DNA from: Phoronis australis
Lineage: Eukaryota; Animalia; Phoronida
Direction: 5' to 3'
DNA length: 61,977 nt
Assembly: GCA_002633005.1 (NCBI GenBank)
Contig: NMRA01000510.1
Span: forward strand, 1 to 61,977
Part shown: positions 38,355-52,200 of the stretch, piece after piece
How positions within the stretch are numbered: position 1 is the first letter of the stretch
How the letters are laid out: each line of letters starts with the position of its first letter
Program-made: the position numbers and the translations under genes
The notes under the pieces: generated by a model
Told to the model about the DNA's origin: nothing
The model's database searches: none
What the model saw: only the letters and a program-made list of their open reading frames with translations

Positions 38355-38901
38355 GGGCTGTTCCAGTAAAATCTGTATGGGAGGGGGGAGGCTCCTTTTT
38401 TCGCACCCACCACCCATATTTTTCATTTATTTCTTCAGCTTACCACCCGCAATTTTTTATAAGTTTGAAATGCAACCACCCGTAATTTTTTTTGTTCTTG
38501 TGGTTGACTGCACAGGCGCTTGAGTTTATCTGTTCCTCCATCACCACTAACGTCATTCATTACTATGAAAACATATGTTTCTTATATATGGTTATTAGCC
38601 ATCGAGAAATTTGAGCACCTGTGGTTGAATGGTGTTATGGGCGTGCCGATGAGGAGATCGGAGGGAGTGCAAGTTGCAATTTTGTTTCAGTTTTTGATTC
38701 TGTGCAGATTGTTTATAAAATTTACTAAAATTACCCACCATCAAACATTTATGGCCCAATGAAACAACAACGACCTGTAAATTTTTATTTTTTTGAAGTA
38801 CGACCACCAGCCATTTTGAATTTAAATCAAACGCAACCACCCATAAATTTTTATTTCAGTTGCCTTCCCCCCCTCCCACACAGATTTTGCTGGAACAGCC
38901 C
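38355..38901. mobile_element. PIF/Harbinger-type MITE
   Basis: TTA|GGGCTGTTCCAGTAAAATCTGTATGGGAGGGGG ... CCCCCTCCCACACAGATTTTGCTGGAACAGCCC|TTA; 3-bp TTA TSD; internal ACCACCC repeats. Confidence 0.88.
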
Positions 38902-40815
38902 TTAGGGCAACGCTTTTCAAACATTTTTTTATGCTGAGGTACTTGACATGTTGAAAAATTCAGTCTGTCCCTGCATGGAGACCATGAACTTAAGTCTTCT
39001 AACCTTAGTTAGGATTATAGTATGTTCCGAACATCTGAAACTCCTACTTTCATTGATACCTCATTTTGCCTCAATTTTCTAGTCTGCAATGTGTGTATTC
39101 AAATATTTTTGTGCTGTAACCTAAATTGTTGTTGTCAATTAAAACATAATTTTGTGCACACAATTATCTGTTTGTCTCTTTTTTACACTCAAATGCTCTT
39201 GGTGACAACATAACGTCAAACACACTTGGAAGTGAGGACATGCAGAGCACACCTAGGCTATTAAATTGGGACACTTTGCTTATTAACATGATATCATGGA
39301 TAGCAAAAACGATTGTCTTTACCTCCTTGATTACAAATTTGTAGGATTTGAGTTGTTCCATCCACAATCAAGGAAATGCGACATAAGGTGATTGTTCAGG
39401 AAGTTGGCAGCTGAGTGGAGGAATCACATCACTTAACTCTTATAGGCCTATGTGTAAAGCGTTCTAAATACACGCTGGCCCTGGTGTGCCAGGGCCAGCA
39501 AATTTGCGGCGGGCCAGTTACTTTTAAAAGTTAACTTGGCACCTGAGCCAGTAAATTTTCAGACTTATTTGCTGAAGTTCGAAAACTGTGTATAAACTGG
39601 CTGCTTGAAGTACTACTACAATCAAGCAGTGATTACAAATTAGCTGGCCGTGCTGCACGGAATGATTGCTCTCCCACAATCCTTTGTGAATATAGGGTCT
39701 CGCTGTCCATAAAATGTCAATTGCCAAAATGTTGACCCAGCAATTTTGTTTACTGTAAAGCTTGCATTTGGAAATTCATTGTATGTCTATTTGATTACGA
39801 GAACAAAATTAATTTGGTTGCAACCTTCAGCATTTCTCATCATTCAAGATGGCGACATCCGCGGTTTTGAATTGTGTCCAATTTTAATCTTGTGAACATG
39901 ATGGCTATTTGGAAAGTGCAATGTGTCGTTTCTAATGTTTTGTGGGGCGTAGAGTCCATTTCTGGTATTATTTCATGGATGCAAGGTCAAACTAAAGGGT
40001 TAACTTAGAAGTCAAAGGACAAATTAGACTGATATAAGAAAAATCCACCTCTTTTGATGGACTCCGGCAAAATGTTAATGTGTGAGAAATGCTGAATTAA
40101 TATTGGATTTGGTATGTAGTCCATACAGGTTTTAAGTAGACAGTGTCTGCAGTGTACACATGTTACATGCAGGACTATATGATCACATTTTGGTTCTGTT
40201 TTATTATTTGTTGTAAATGAAATATCAATTACATTACTGTACATTGATTTTTAAAATCCCAATGAATGAAGTGGCAATGTAGATCATCCTTCATTAATAT
40301 TGAAGTAAGCGTATACACAGAGCTGTGCGTTTCTATGTATTCAGGTTTTGTTATGCTGGTAGCTTATTGCAACTACAATTTATATTCAAATTCAATATGC
40401 TTTCTTGAATACAGAGATAGATTGGAAAACACACGTATTCACTATTTTGAATGAGATGTACACAGACTGAAAGCCATTGAGGCCCTTATAATTAAATTTG
40501 AATATTAATTCCCAAGACATGCATCTCCATAGAATTTTATTTTTGTACACACCTTTTGTCCACACAGCACGCTTGATTAGAGAGGCCTTTAGAGAAGCTT
40601 CAATAACGTACCTTTAAGGGAAAATTCTGACTTATGCTCTCCTTACTTAATGTGTGTCTTACTTACTATTCTCTGGCAGAACGGGTCTAAAAACAAAATA
40701 TTAAATGCTTTTTACAATAAATTATATTTGTTCAAATATACCACGGTACAAAGCGAGATAATAATGGTGTACATCTCGTATTACAGCACACAGCTGCAAA
40801 TTCAGACACGCTTAA

Positions 40816-41179
40816 GGTTATGAGTAGCCTAAGAAAAATGACAAAATTGAACCAACATCGAAACTTTTGCATTGAAAAGGTGCTTTAAGGAAAATGTGGA
40901 TAAAATGAAAATGAAAATATGAAACATTTTTTGAGATTTAATCTTGAACATTTATATTATTCTTGGTGCCATTATTATTTGCAAGGAATGTATCTTTCTT
41001 TTTTGTTTATTGTACTAGTATAAAGATATGGTGACGTGACCTCATCAACAACATAATAGTAAAAGGTAAAGAATCCAATTCTACAGGCTTAATTCTACTT
41101 TAAGAAAACTCATTTAAATTCTAGTTTTGTAGTTATTTTACTAAATGCACACACTTGTCAGTACAGTTTACTCGTAACC
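40816..41179. mobile_element. Kolobok-like TTAA MITE
   Basis: TTAA|GGTTATGAGTA ... TACTCGTAACC|TTAA. Confidence 0.8.
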
Positions 41180-42066
41180 TTAAACGTGTGCTTGTTAAGT
41201 AATTTTTGGCCAAACTAGATGGGACTAGTCTCCTTGGGGTCCGTTTCGTGAAAGTGACACAAGACAGAAATTTGGTCTTTCACTCCCACTTCGCAATTTC
41301 TGGAAAGGTGCCAAGTAATTATGAGCACATCACAAACTTAAAAATAATATATTATCAAAGACTTGGAACTTTTGCACAAGTGAGATTTAGTTATTTTTCA
41401 GAACTAGTTGAGTGGAGTGTAAGGCAAATTTCTGACTTAATCTGGAGTCAATTTTCATGGAACAAGCTTCAGGACATCACACACACTAAATACCAAAGGG
41501 AAACTGCCACCCTACATCAACTAGCAAAGTGAAATTTAAAGAAACATGAATTAATAAAACAGTTTCAGCTTTGTTCTCAAAATTTTTGTTTAAAGTTTAC
41601 CAACAGTTTGTACAAGGTGCAAGACTTGCTGGCATCCCGCGTACATTTCACTGGGTATTTAACACTTGTAATGGTGGTGCAGCACCGCTAATGGTATATA
41701 TTACAACTCTCCAAAATGTAAAATCAATTGACATTGTTTACAGTCTGCTTCGTTACCTACAACTGGCGACAGCAACTGCACTCAAAAGCTAAATAAACTG
41801 TATACAAAACTACTCTGTAATGCTTTTTTGACTAACATTCCTTGTTCTTCTACATGACTAATAATGATTTTAAAGGCTGCAATTGTATACATTTGGAACA
41901 GCTATCACAAAGTTATCGCATTAAACTGACCATCTCAATAAACAATAAGCAAGGTAATTATATTAAAATGGTTCAGTCTTTGTTCTGCATTAATTCTTGT
42001 ACAAAATTACTGGTTTGAACTACTTTTTTCAGAATTTTGAGAAAAGTGTTTGGTATCACGCACTAA

Positions 42067-42168
42067 AAATTGATCTGAATACAGAAGTTGTACTGCATTG
42101 GTAGAAATGTATTAATCAAATTGATCTGAATACAGTAGTTGTACTGCTTTGGTAGAAATGTATTAATC
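42067..42168. repeat. 51-bp tandem duplication
   Basis: AAATTGATCTGAATACAG...GTATTAATC twice, 2 substitutions. Confidence 0.9.
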
Positions 42169-43194
42169 AAAATTCATAATTGACGACCCACATTTGATAC
42201 TATTGACTCCATTCTTCACGACATTTGAAAATACGACCAAAATTAATACTGCCACGCATAACCACCACATTCCAGAACCCACATAAATTCTCCCCAAAAA
42301 CCAAATCCATAAGGTAAACGATGCTTACTTCCACTGTAGAAAATTGGTCGGATGAAATTGAGAAATCAGTCAACAGCTGACCACACTAGTGCAAGTCACT
42401 GGCTACATGTTGATTTACAACAAAGTATGTGACCACTCATCAACAAGGAGTAGAGCTGACAAGAGCAATGAGCCACTTGAACCACTCTTGAGCAAGTTCT
42501 GTTTCAATATAATAACATTATCAACAGGGGAAGTTTTTATGACCTGTTCTTTTCATATAGCATTAACAGGAACACCTAGCACAAACACAGTACATGAATC
42601 CATCTTGCATTGTTGATGTACCATGTCCTGCTAGTTCATAGTAGACAGCCTATCCAGTGGACACACTCATAAATACTAATGGCTGGCTTAAATCCTGCGG
42701 CTGCTCTCGAAAACTCTGGAGCCATATCCAAAACACTGACCAACCCTTCTAATGGCTGTGAACCCATGCTCAAACTGCGTAAACACCAACCCAGATAAGT
42801 AAATGAGGCTGGCAAGCATTGCCCAGACCTACTCTGTTAGCAGCGCTAAGAATGAGTCATAAATGATCGCGTTCATCAGCTGTGATTACAGCAGTCAGGC
42901 ATCAGTACCTGATCTCCCACATACATGATTACAGAATACTACGACTACATTTTTAGATCCAGTCTGTGGATGTTTTGGGTTCAATTCAAACAAAATTTCT
43001 TTGCGACCTTTGACACTTTGACCACAGCACTTAATGAGTCTGTCCACTGGACAGATTCTTACACTGCATTACTTGGGCATCACAGACACAATGTTTTTAA
43101 GACACACACAGAGACTCTTTCTGAATTATCAACCAACAATTTGTGCCTTCCAGGACTTCAACACAGACTTGCATCAAACCTCTTCCTTGAATAC

Positions 43195-43267
43195 CTAATA
43201 GCATCCCTCCTTCCAACTGTCATCCGCTTGTCTTACCCTGTTTGTTCTCGGTGACGGAATCCCCGAC
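43195..43267 (-). CDS. SLAIN: SLAIN exon 9 (stop)
   Basis: tgcaag|GTCGGGG...TATTAG; RSGIPSPRTNRVRQADDSWKEGCY*. Confidence 0.92.
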
Positions 43268-46200
43268 CTTGCAAATGAAATCATCATATCACGAAAGCTT
43301 CCAAGACAACAAGGAATAAAAATGAACTGGTCAATAATCTGAAGGGCACCAATTACACGAACGAATGACAAAAATTTCAGAAGAATCTTAAGTTTATACC
43401 CAAGACAAGAGTTAATAAAATTAAACCTTCATACAAGAATGCTGTTCAGAAATTAATAGTCTTTAATCTTCCCTAAAGGGACACTGCACTCCTGGTGGGA
43501 TTTGCAGTGCTCATTAAGGCTATGTAGGGACCGAGAAACGTGTCCAAATTACGCTGATGTTGGAACAACATGTCTCAGATATAGCCAATAGGATTCATAT
43601 GAAACTTTCAGATACTATGCTTTATGCACTGGTCTCCAAAACTGTTAGGAATTGTTTCACTTTTGTATGAAGGGCAACAAAAATACGACATTTAGGATTT
43701 TCATGAAAAAGCCCAAAATTTATATAAAACGGTACCAAAATAATTCAGGAAATTGTAACAAGGTTTTTGAGATTTCACCTTGAACATTCATCACAAATAA
43801 TATTTGTTGACATGTCATTGATACTGCTGGTTTGCTATTAAAATTACTACTTTTCTTTTCTTGTTAAACTTTACTAAACAGACATGGTCACGAGACCCAA
43901 TTAATGGCCGAGTGATATAAAGCCATAATTTAAATGCTACAAGCCTTCTACTTTCAAAAAATACACTTTTGCAGAGTTAAAATCCATAATTTTGTAGACA
44001 CTTGGCTTAATACGCGTACTTGTCAATAAGGTTGTACATAACCTTAAGAAGCAGTCTAACAATGTGATAACAAGGCTATATGTCAAAACCTTGCAAGTGG
44101 TAGTCACACGAAATTTAAAACAAGGTGAGGGGTAAGCTAATCATCCATGCACAGGTGGCCGATTTACTGACGAGAAAAGCAATAACTGAAAACAGTGCCA
44201 CTATATTCAGAAAATAGGCATTCCATTATTATTGATGACTGCCAAGCATAGGTGTGTCCAGAGTAAAGTGGCTTATGACACAGTCTACAATCAATTTAAT
44301 GAAATGTGAATATAAGCAATTTGCCTGAACACATATTTCATTTGGTGGTAGCAAGAACAAATCACTGGCACAAATATTCAATTCGTAAAAAACTGCATTC
44401 AGTGGATTAGTTGAATGTCATCCTGGTACTGTCACATACCTCCTGGGTGCAGGTATGCCTGAACCCCGTCCACTGCCTGGCCGAGGTATACTGCTGCGAC
44501 CCGCAGGGGATGCAGACCTGCGTGGTGAAGAGGGCGCCAGTGTTTTGAGTGCTGGGGATCCTGGTCGAGCCGGCGATGACTTGGGGTTGAGCTGGCCTGT
44601 AGAGTGATTGAGTGTCAGACCACCACGGCCACCACGCCTTCCTGGTGACAGCTTGGAGTCACTCTCCACATGTCGCAGGCCACTAGGCTTAGCAGGCTCT
44701 ACAAACACACAATATGTGGGAATTAATGCTCAACATAATCTGAAGAGCTGGCCTCAAGATAGGCAAGTATTGCCGTACCAATCCTGCATATATTTCTTGG
44801 TAAAGCAGGAAGTGTTGCCATCTACACCAGCACATAATTATGAATTCAAGACACAATGGTACAGTAAGAATTTTACTAATTCAACAATAGCTTGTATGAG
44901 AGAAAAAGGCCAATCAGTCATCAGACCTGAAGCCATAGAGTAAAGGAAATTAGTTTGTGAATATTGTTCACCATTTTATTGAATCTTGGCTTCCACCACT
45001 AGGTGTGTGTATACAGTAAAATGCAGAAGCCTTGTTAGTGTATAACGTTCAACGAGTGAAACTTTCTACAGTTGAAACTTCGTTTTGTACGATTGTTTGA
45101 AGTTCAGATTAAAAAGAGCAGCTTTTATCTTTCACAAATTAAAACACATTGCAAACTTTCAAGCATAAAATTGATTTCTCACACCACCAATTTCTGACTT
45201 TCTGTCAAAAAGGAATACAAGAAGAGCTTTGGAGAGCGTAGCACACCGTTGGAGTAATGCAATAAACATAGCAATAAAGCAACATAGCAACTGCTCTGGT
45301 CCAAGAACAAGCTAGTGTGACTGTTTACTACACAATATTTTGACTCGTTCATATTAAAGGATTGTACTTCATTAAGGGGCACAGAGAGGCTCATGGTACC
45401 TGTTTATGAGGACTAACGAATGTAAATATTATGTGATACAAAGTAGCAAGACTACGGTTCCGAAGGCTGACAAAAAAGAAAAAGTAAGATTGAAATCGGA
45501 ATCAATCAAGATCAAAATCTACCCTATTACAAACTAACCTTAAACCAAAGTTTCTGGCTTCAGTCACAACAAACAACTGTGGCTACTCAAACATTCTTGA
45601 AAATATCACCGAGTTGGTATTCATGAAATGATTTTTCTAAATTTTCTCTTCAGCCTCAACTTAAGACAATATATTGGTTTTACAATTTGTTGGACTGAAG
45701 ACAAAAGACAAGTTTTATGAAATGAGCCAAGATCGACTCGTCACATAAAGGGCATCTACTTCAAAAAGCACAAAAACTTCTGCTTTAAATTTCAATGCCT
45801 AAATCTCATCTTTCCCCTACAAAGTCCTCGACAACTGTGATACACATAATAAAGTCTACCTCTGGCATTGTTCTCAAGGTACTGACTGCCATAGGGGCTC
45901 TCTGTAGGTGAACTACCACTCGAGTGTGAACTTGCTGACGCCACGCTGTTCTTACTCTTGCTTAGTCTCCTGGTGAGTCTGGGGTCATAGGTCGAGTCTG
46001 TACGCGGTGAGCAAGAGGATGGTTAGTAATGTGCCAAGAAACACAACACGCAGAGCACTGAGTGAGCAGAAAACGTGTAGTGAAGTTACATACACGATCT
46101 CACAAGTGAAAGACGCGTGCATCTGCACATGTCCACTCAGAGTGAAAATGTCGGCAAGGTCAAGTGATTTTCTGAGATCAGCCTCAGCATGGAATTGGAC

Positions 46201-49200
46201 CAGGAACCATGCAGTCACAATCTGCTGGCGAAGCTAAATCCCACTCGATAAATGGCAGTGTATTTTCAAGCATTTAACTGGTAAATTCACAAGCCTTGAT
46301 TTCAGTGAATGTTTGCAGGCAACAGTGAGAACTGGTGATTTGTAATAAGATCACAAAAACAATTTTTCTTCTTTATAGTTTTGGTCAAAGACAATAACTT
46401 CAAGAAGTGCATCCCGTTCAACAATAATCCCGATAATACGTTTTTCAAACCTAAAATCGATAATGTTCTTTTAAGTAAACTTCAGTTTGTCCATTATGAA
46501 CCAGTACACAAAGTCTTGTCTAATACAACTTGCATGAATTACACAAACTCAATTTCCGTTCATTGCCAAACAACTTTTTTCCAGGCTCAAAACGGCATGA
46601 TGAATTTGAGATTCAGAAATCCGCTTATTATATCTTGAGTCCTTGCTAAAATTGAAGATATTATCAAGTAATGAGAGAATTATCAATGACTTATTATAAC
46701 TGTCTTCAATGCCTTGCTCTTAATTTCTGCATTGCACAAACCACACAGTTGTACTTGGAAGTACAACCGATAGCCAAGATTTGCTCACAGAGATATTTAC
46801 CAACAACAGACATGAGAACCTATCTGGTTGAACGGTAGATCAAGTAAATATCTATTGTGTGGCAATATAATGGTAGCCACATAATCACTCTTGAATTACA
46901 TGGGGAATTAATTTTTCACCCATTAGGCACAAGAAAGTAAAAATTGGTTCTGGTCTGTGTTTTCTTGAAAATTGGAACGATGCATAATTTTTATTTGTTG
47001 ATATTTTAAAAAGGAATAAAGTCCACCAATACCAGTCCAAAGGGGTCGGGATCTTTTTTCCCCAACATCACGTAACCCCAGCTGAAATGGGTTGGGTCTT
47101 TTTTTCCTTTCTTTAAACAGTGAGGCACAGACTTAAAATTGAGTCTGTGCAGACGTGAAACAATTTTGAGCTATTTTTGACCTTAAATGAAGACTAGACC
47201 AGTTAGTGTACAGTTCCCGCTCATGCGCACGAGTTAAGGTTGTCATCAGATTTTGGCACTGAACTTGTGTGGTAATTGCTGTCGGATCAAATCCTGGCTA
47301 TGCCACATCGCACCAAGCAACACTTTGTCAGTCATATTCACACAACAGATAGCTGATACAAAGCCACCACTCACTGAAGGCAACTCTACACTGTCCTACT
47401 TACCATCGAATCTGCCGGGACTTGACCTGTTTGAACTCTGTGGTGATGAGCTGTCCACATCGTTTAGAGACAAAGGTGGCACTGCACCGCTGCCATGGTT
47501 ACTACTGTTGGAGCGCGCACTTGCCCGTAAACCTACAGTGGAAAACAACAAGTTGAGGTCACTTTTGTAAGGTGACTATACCTCCGCTAAACAACAAAAG
47601 ATGTTTGATAAAGAAGAACGGCAATGACAAACAAAGCCGACATGATCTACTGCATAATCACCTTTTAACAACACCCATCACATCAGGGAAAACATAGTCA
47701 TCAATAAAATAGCGTCAACAAAATTTTTTTGTGACAGGTTTAAACATGAATATTTAAAAGCTGTACCACAGTACGCGGTCTATGGACACAAAACAAGAGC
47801 AACGCAAAGCATTGAAATGCGCCCATGACTGCACTGCAAACACGAATCCATCGCAGTTGGCGACTTGGCAAAAGTCCCAGCTCACCAAACGAAATCTGAG
47901 GTCGCCAATTGAAATGTGAGGTTGCCAAAATGGCGTAAAAATTGGCGACTAAAAAAAATCAAAAAGGGGTGTACAGTTGTACCGTGCCCCATTCTCAGAA
48001 TCTTACGCATACATCTCCAACGTAAATGTTCATTTCTACTCACGAACGAACATGGAATGCAGACAATCACATACACTGGTAGCTCTTATTTCACTGATCT
48101 TGCCCTATCTTTGCCAAACAATTCTGACTTCCGTCTGTTTACTTCCTGTTACAATTTAAGCGTGTTTGATATGTCCTGACAGGTGTGGTGGCAAATGCTC
48201 TGATTTCACAAAATAAACGGAACAATTGTTAATCGAAGGTATAAAATGAATCTAGGGAAACTTTTGGCAATTGAAACTTTGGAAGTCAACACGGATTTTG
48301 AAATGAAGTTAGGGAGAATTATTGCCTGACTTTGATACTCGCAGTGGCGAGGCGACTTGAGATTTTTCCCAGGTCGCCAAACCTAATCTGAGGTCACAGG
48401 TCATCAAATCTAGCGCTGCCGTGGTTCACAAGGCTACATTATGTGTCTGACACATGGTTACAACACTCAAGAAACACAACCCCATACTGCGGTACTGAGA
48501 CACCTATCTACAAGTAATGCATGAAGCACAAGCCTATAGCCATATTGTGGTTCACATGCCTTCATTATGTCCTAACACAAGATACAAGACCCTTGAAGCA
48601 CAAGCCCACAGTGACATTGTGGCTCACAAGCTTTCATGATGTGCCTGACACAGGATACAAGACTCTTGAGGCACAAGCCCATAGCGACACCGTGGTTCAC
48701 AAGGCTACATTATGTGGCTGACACATGGCAAAAGACCTGAGAAACACATACTGTGCCAACTGACACAACTATCTACAAGTAATGCACAAGGATACTCACT
48801 ACCAGATCGCCTGGGTGAAGCGACGGGAGAATAGCTCTGACGTAAGCCTAGAACCCGAACAGAGAGAGAGAAAGATGTGAGATGAGTGGAAGGTGCATGA
48901 GGAGACAGTAAGCTGTGCTCATTCCAAGCTCAAAGACTAGACAGACTGAAAAGTCAGCCCAGTCAGCCTGTTATACCAACAGATGGAGCCATGCAATTTT
49001 TTTCAAGTACGCTTGAAGGTGCTCGATTTTTGAAAATTCTCATTTCTAAATCAAACTACAAAGCACATGTGATAGAATACTTAAAACTTTACCATGCACA
49101 AGTCTCTGATGAATGATGCAACAGAGCCTCCTATTGGTCTTTATCCCAGCACAGGAATCATAAGCATATACAAAGTTATTCTTGGTGATAACCTGTGATC

Positions 49201-52200
49201 TATGGCTCAGCTTAGAAAGGACACAACAACACTTAAAGGGGATGAGACTGTTTTTGACGTTACGTTTAGTAAAAATAAAGATCCCTGGCTAACTTGAAAA
49301 TACATTTTTCTGTATTAATTACCGTTCACCTGGCTTAAATTTAATAACCATACAGGCAAAAGTCATCATCATGTTTCTGCATTTACTTCTAATACAGAGA
49401 CATCTTGATTACTACTCAACACACTGTGTGTGGGTTATTCATGTTTGCTCAATGGAAGTAAATGCAGAACCAAGATGGTGCCTATTGCTGGGTTGTTAAC
49501 ACCAGTTTCTGGTGTTCCATGGATTGTATGTACTCACCAAGGGGACAGTAATTAACATGGAACCAGGCAACTTCCTAATTACTAAAATTAACATAAAAAA
49601 ACAGTGGATTGCGTGCAGTTTCCCCAACACCAAAACAAATACATCCAAGGCAAATGCGTAAAAAACCATAAGTAAAGGTATCCATCTCTAGTGCACTGAC
49701 TTACTCTCCTCTTGTGCCCTAGCTAGCGCTTGGATGTCCAGAACATTGTGCATTCTCATTTCGTCATCACCAGGTGGCGCTGTGTCATCAGGGCTGACTT
49801 CTCGCGAATCATCTATCGAGTGTTCATTTGAGTAGCCGCCAATAGGGGGCCTGTTTTTCTTTCTCGGCCGTGTAAATGTCCCAGTGTCGATGTATGCTCC
49901 TGGATGACAGAAAAATAAATTGAGTAACATTTGACCAAGTGACAGGAGAGCAAGATGAAAGAAACATCAGAATTCGGAGAATGAAGCAAAGACAGTGTTT
50001 TCCCCTTGTGTAAACATTTGGACTGCTAGCTATGCACAAACTGTGGCGCAGTGCCATGCATAAATTTATTGAATTTCAATAACAGGGACTCAAAGAAGTA
50101 GCTTATTTTTATGGCATCTTCTTTTCAGCTTTGACAACATGGCTCATATTCACAGAAGTACAAGTCTCGTTAGCACTCAAATTGCGGGCGATAACAAACA
50201 AACTCGGGGCAATAACACACGAAATGTGGACACTTAATGTACAAATCGTGGCAATCGATTTTTGTTGTGCATTTGTGAAAATTTGCGGTATGAGTTGAAA
50301 CAAAGTGATACGTTCTCAATTTGAATTCCTGTTCTAGTCAAATCAGGATTCATAGTGAATATTTGGCAACATTTCATTTAGCTACCAAACTGAAAATAAT
50401 TAAAGATAGTCTCCAGCGACCAAAACACCACTTTGACATCAGAAATACAAGAATTATTTAATAAAAATTGTTTTTGTTTCATGCATATACCACAGAAAGT
50501 AAATAATTGCCATGTAAATTACACCGCCCATAACTCGTAGCCCGTTCAAGCGCCCCAGAAAAATTCTAGACCAATTACCGTAAAGTGGTACATATGACAT
50601 CATCGTTCCAACGAAATCTCTCCTAAGCCTCACTGCGCAACAGCTGAGTGTCATGAACAAGTAATTTTCTTGATTTTCCACGTATTTTGCACTAAATTAA
50701 ACGGCCAGTCATCGCCAATTAAAATGCGATGGAGACACAATGAAAGTCAAAATTCCTTGTGTCGATGCTACCATAGACTTTGATTGGTGCGAGTGCCATC
50801 TCAAGGTTTTTTGGCGCTAAATGGGGTTTGTGATGGGGCTGTTGTATTGTAAAAGGCCTTCTTAATTAACGACTGGGGTATGCTGACAGCGTATGTTGAT
50901 GTTTTTCATCAATGCATGTATTTTAGATATAAAATTAGTCATTTTGCCATCACAGTAGGCTTTTAAGCCACACTTGGCTTACTTACAGCACATTTTCAAA
51001 CATTTGTTACATGAATCGATACAGGTAAAACTTATATGATAACCAAAAATATTCAGTCTATTGGATGTTGCGTTCATCCATAACCTATATAGAAAGCATC
51101 ATGAACAATCAGAAGGGACCCACATAGATTCCCCACCACCAGGAGACAACCCTCTTTGGGCTCACTACAATTGCTTCCAGAACCACCTTTGTTGGTACCA
51201 TACTTTAGCGGCTATTACAAACACACTTCTTTAGAAGCCAGGGAAAACACTGCAAAGACGACCCAAGAAGAGATGGAGGGATGAAGAAACAAGATGAAAT
51301 TAATAACTGACAAAGAATTGTAGTGAAACTTCCAAGTGTACCAGTAAGCATCAATTTTGATACCAATTCAAAAATTATATAGATTGACCAAAGGCGAACA
51401 TGAATCAGAACAGAATACAGGGAAGGGAGCAATGAGTTAAAGAAGCCATAAAAGACTGATATAGCCTGACAGCCAACCATGTTATAACATGACAACACAA
51501 ATCACTGTGATGAACCTATATGCAGCACAGAGACAACTAGATTGTGGTGTCTGTAAATCAACGGATCAAGTAATTCAAATCACTAACTATCAAACAAATA
51601 TATATAAGCACGTCAAGTACACTGGCACTATAACAATCACAAACATGTGCCTTGCACTGTTCACCATGCAGCAATCTACCTGAATACAATAAAACAGCAC
51701 TTCACCCTGTTCAGCTGGCTAAGGAGACAAACATCAAGTTGTTCCTTTTACTCTCAAGAAAACAATCTCATAATAATCCTAAAAGGTGACAGGAATGTAT
51801 TTCCAAAACCATCAACTCAAAAAAATGATTCACAGTTTGTAGGGGTTGGCCAAACATAAAACTGCGTACAAGTGCCATTTTCCACTTCGCAGTTTTATGA
51901 TTGTTCCTGTTGGTAACAGAAAAAGAAGCCTATCATTCTAAGGAACATTATGAAGCTTACCGATTTCAGAAGAGTAAAAGGGCTATTTGAACGTTAACTT
52001 TTAGCCACTTAAACAGCTTGAAATGCAGCTTTAAAATTTACTAGATTACACCAACTTATGTTATTACATGCACAAAGCAATATGAATGCATTCTGGCAAA
52101 CACAAAACGTAACAGATAAAATGCACCCATGCATAAGCCTTACTGGTTTTTCCTAGAAAAGAAGGAACAAGTAAGGATTATGACCAAATAATGACATAGT

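Noticed and set aside
45183-45201. Candidate SLAIN micro-exon after a strong polypyrimidine tract
   Set aside because: The best acceptor and donor pairings do not preserve phase 1-1; the 9-nt alternative uses weak sites.
48418-48786. CRISPR-like periodic repeats (also 59298-59500 and 22183-22415)
   Set aside because: Whole units are degenerate copies with no unique spacers or cas genes, in eukaryotic intron or intergenic context.
51699-51707. Candidate 9-nt SLAIN micro-exon near 51.7 kb
   Set aside because: Frame-compatible, but the donor (GTGAAG) is weak and nothing else supports it; coordinates approximate.
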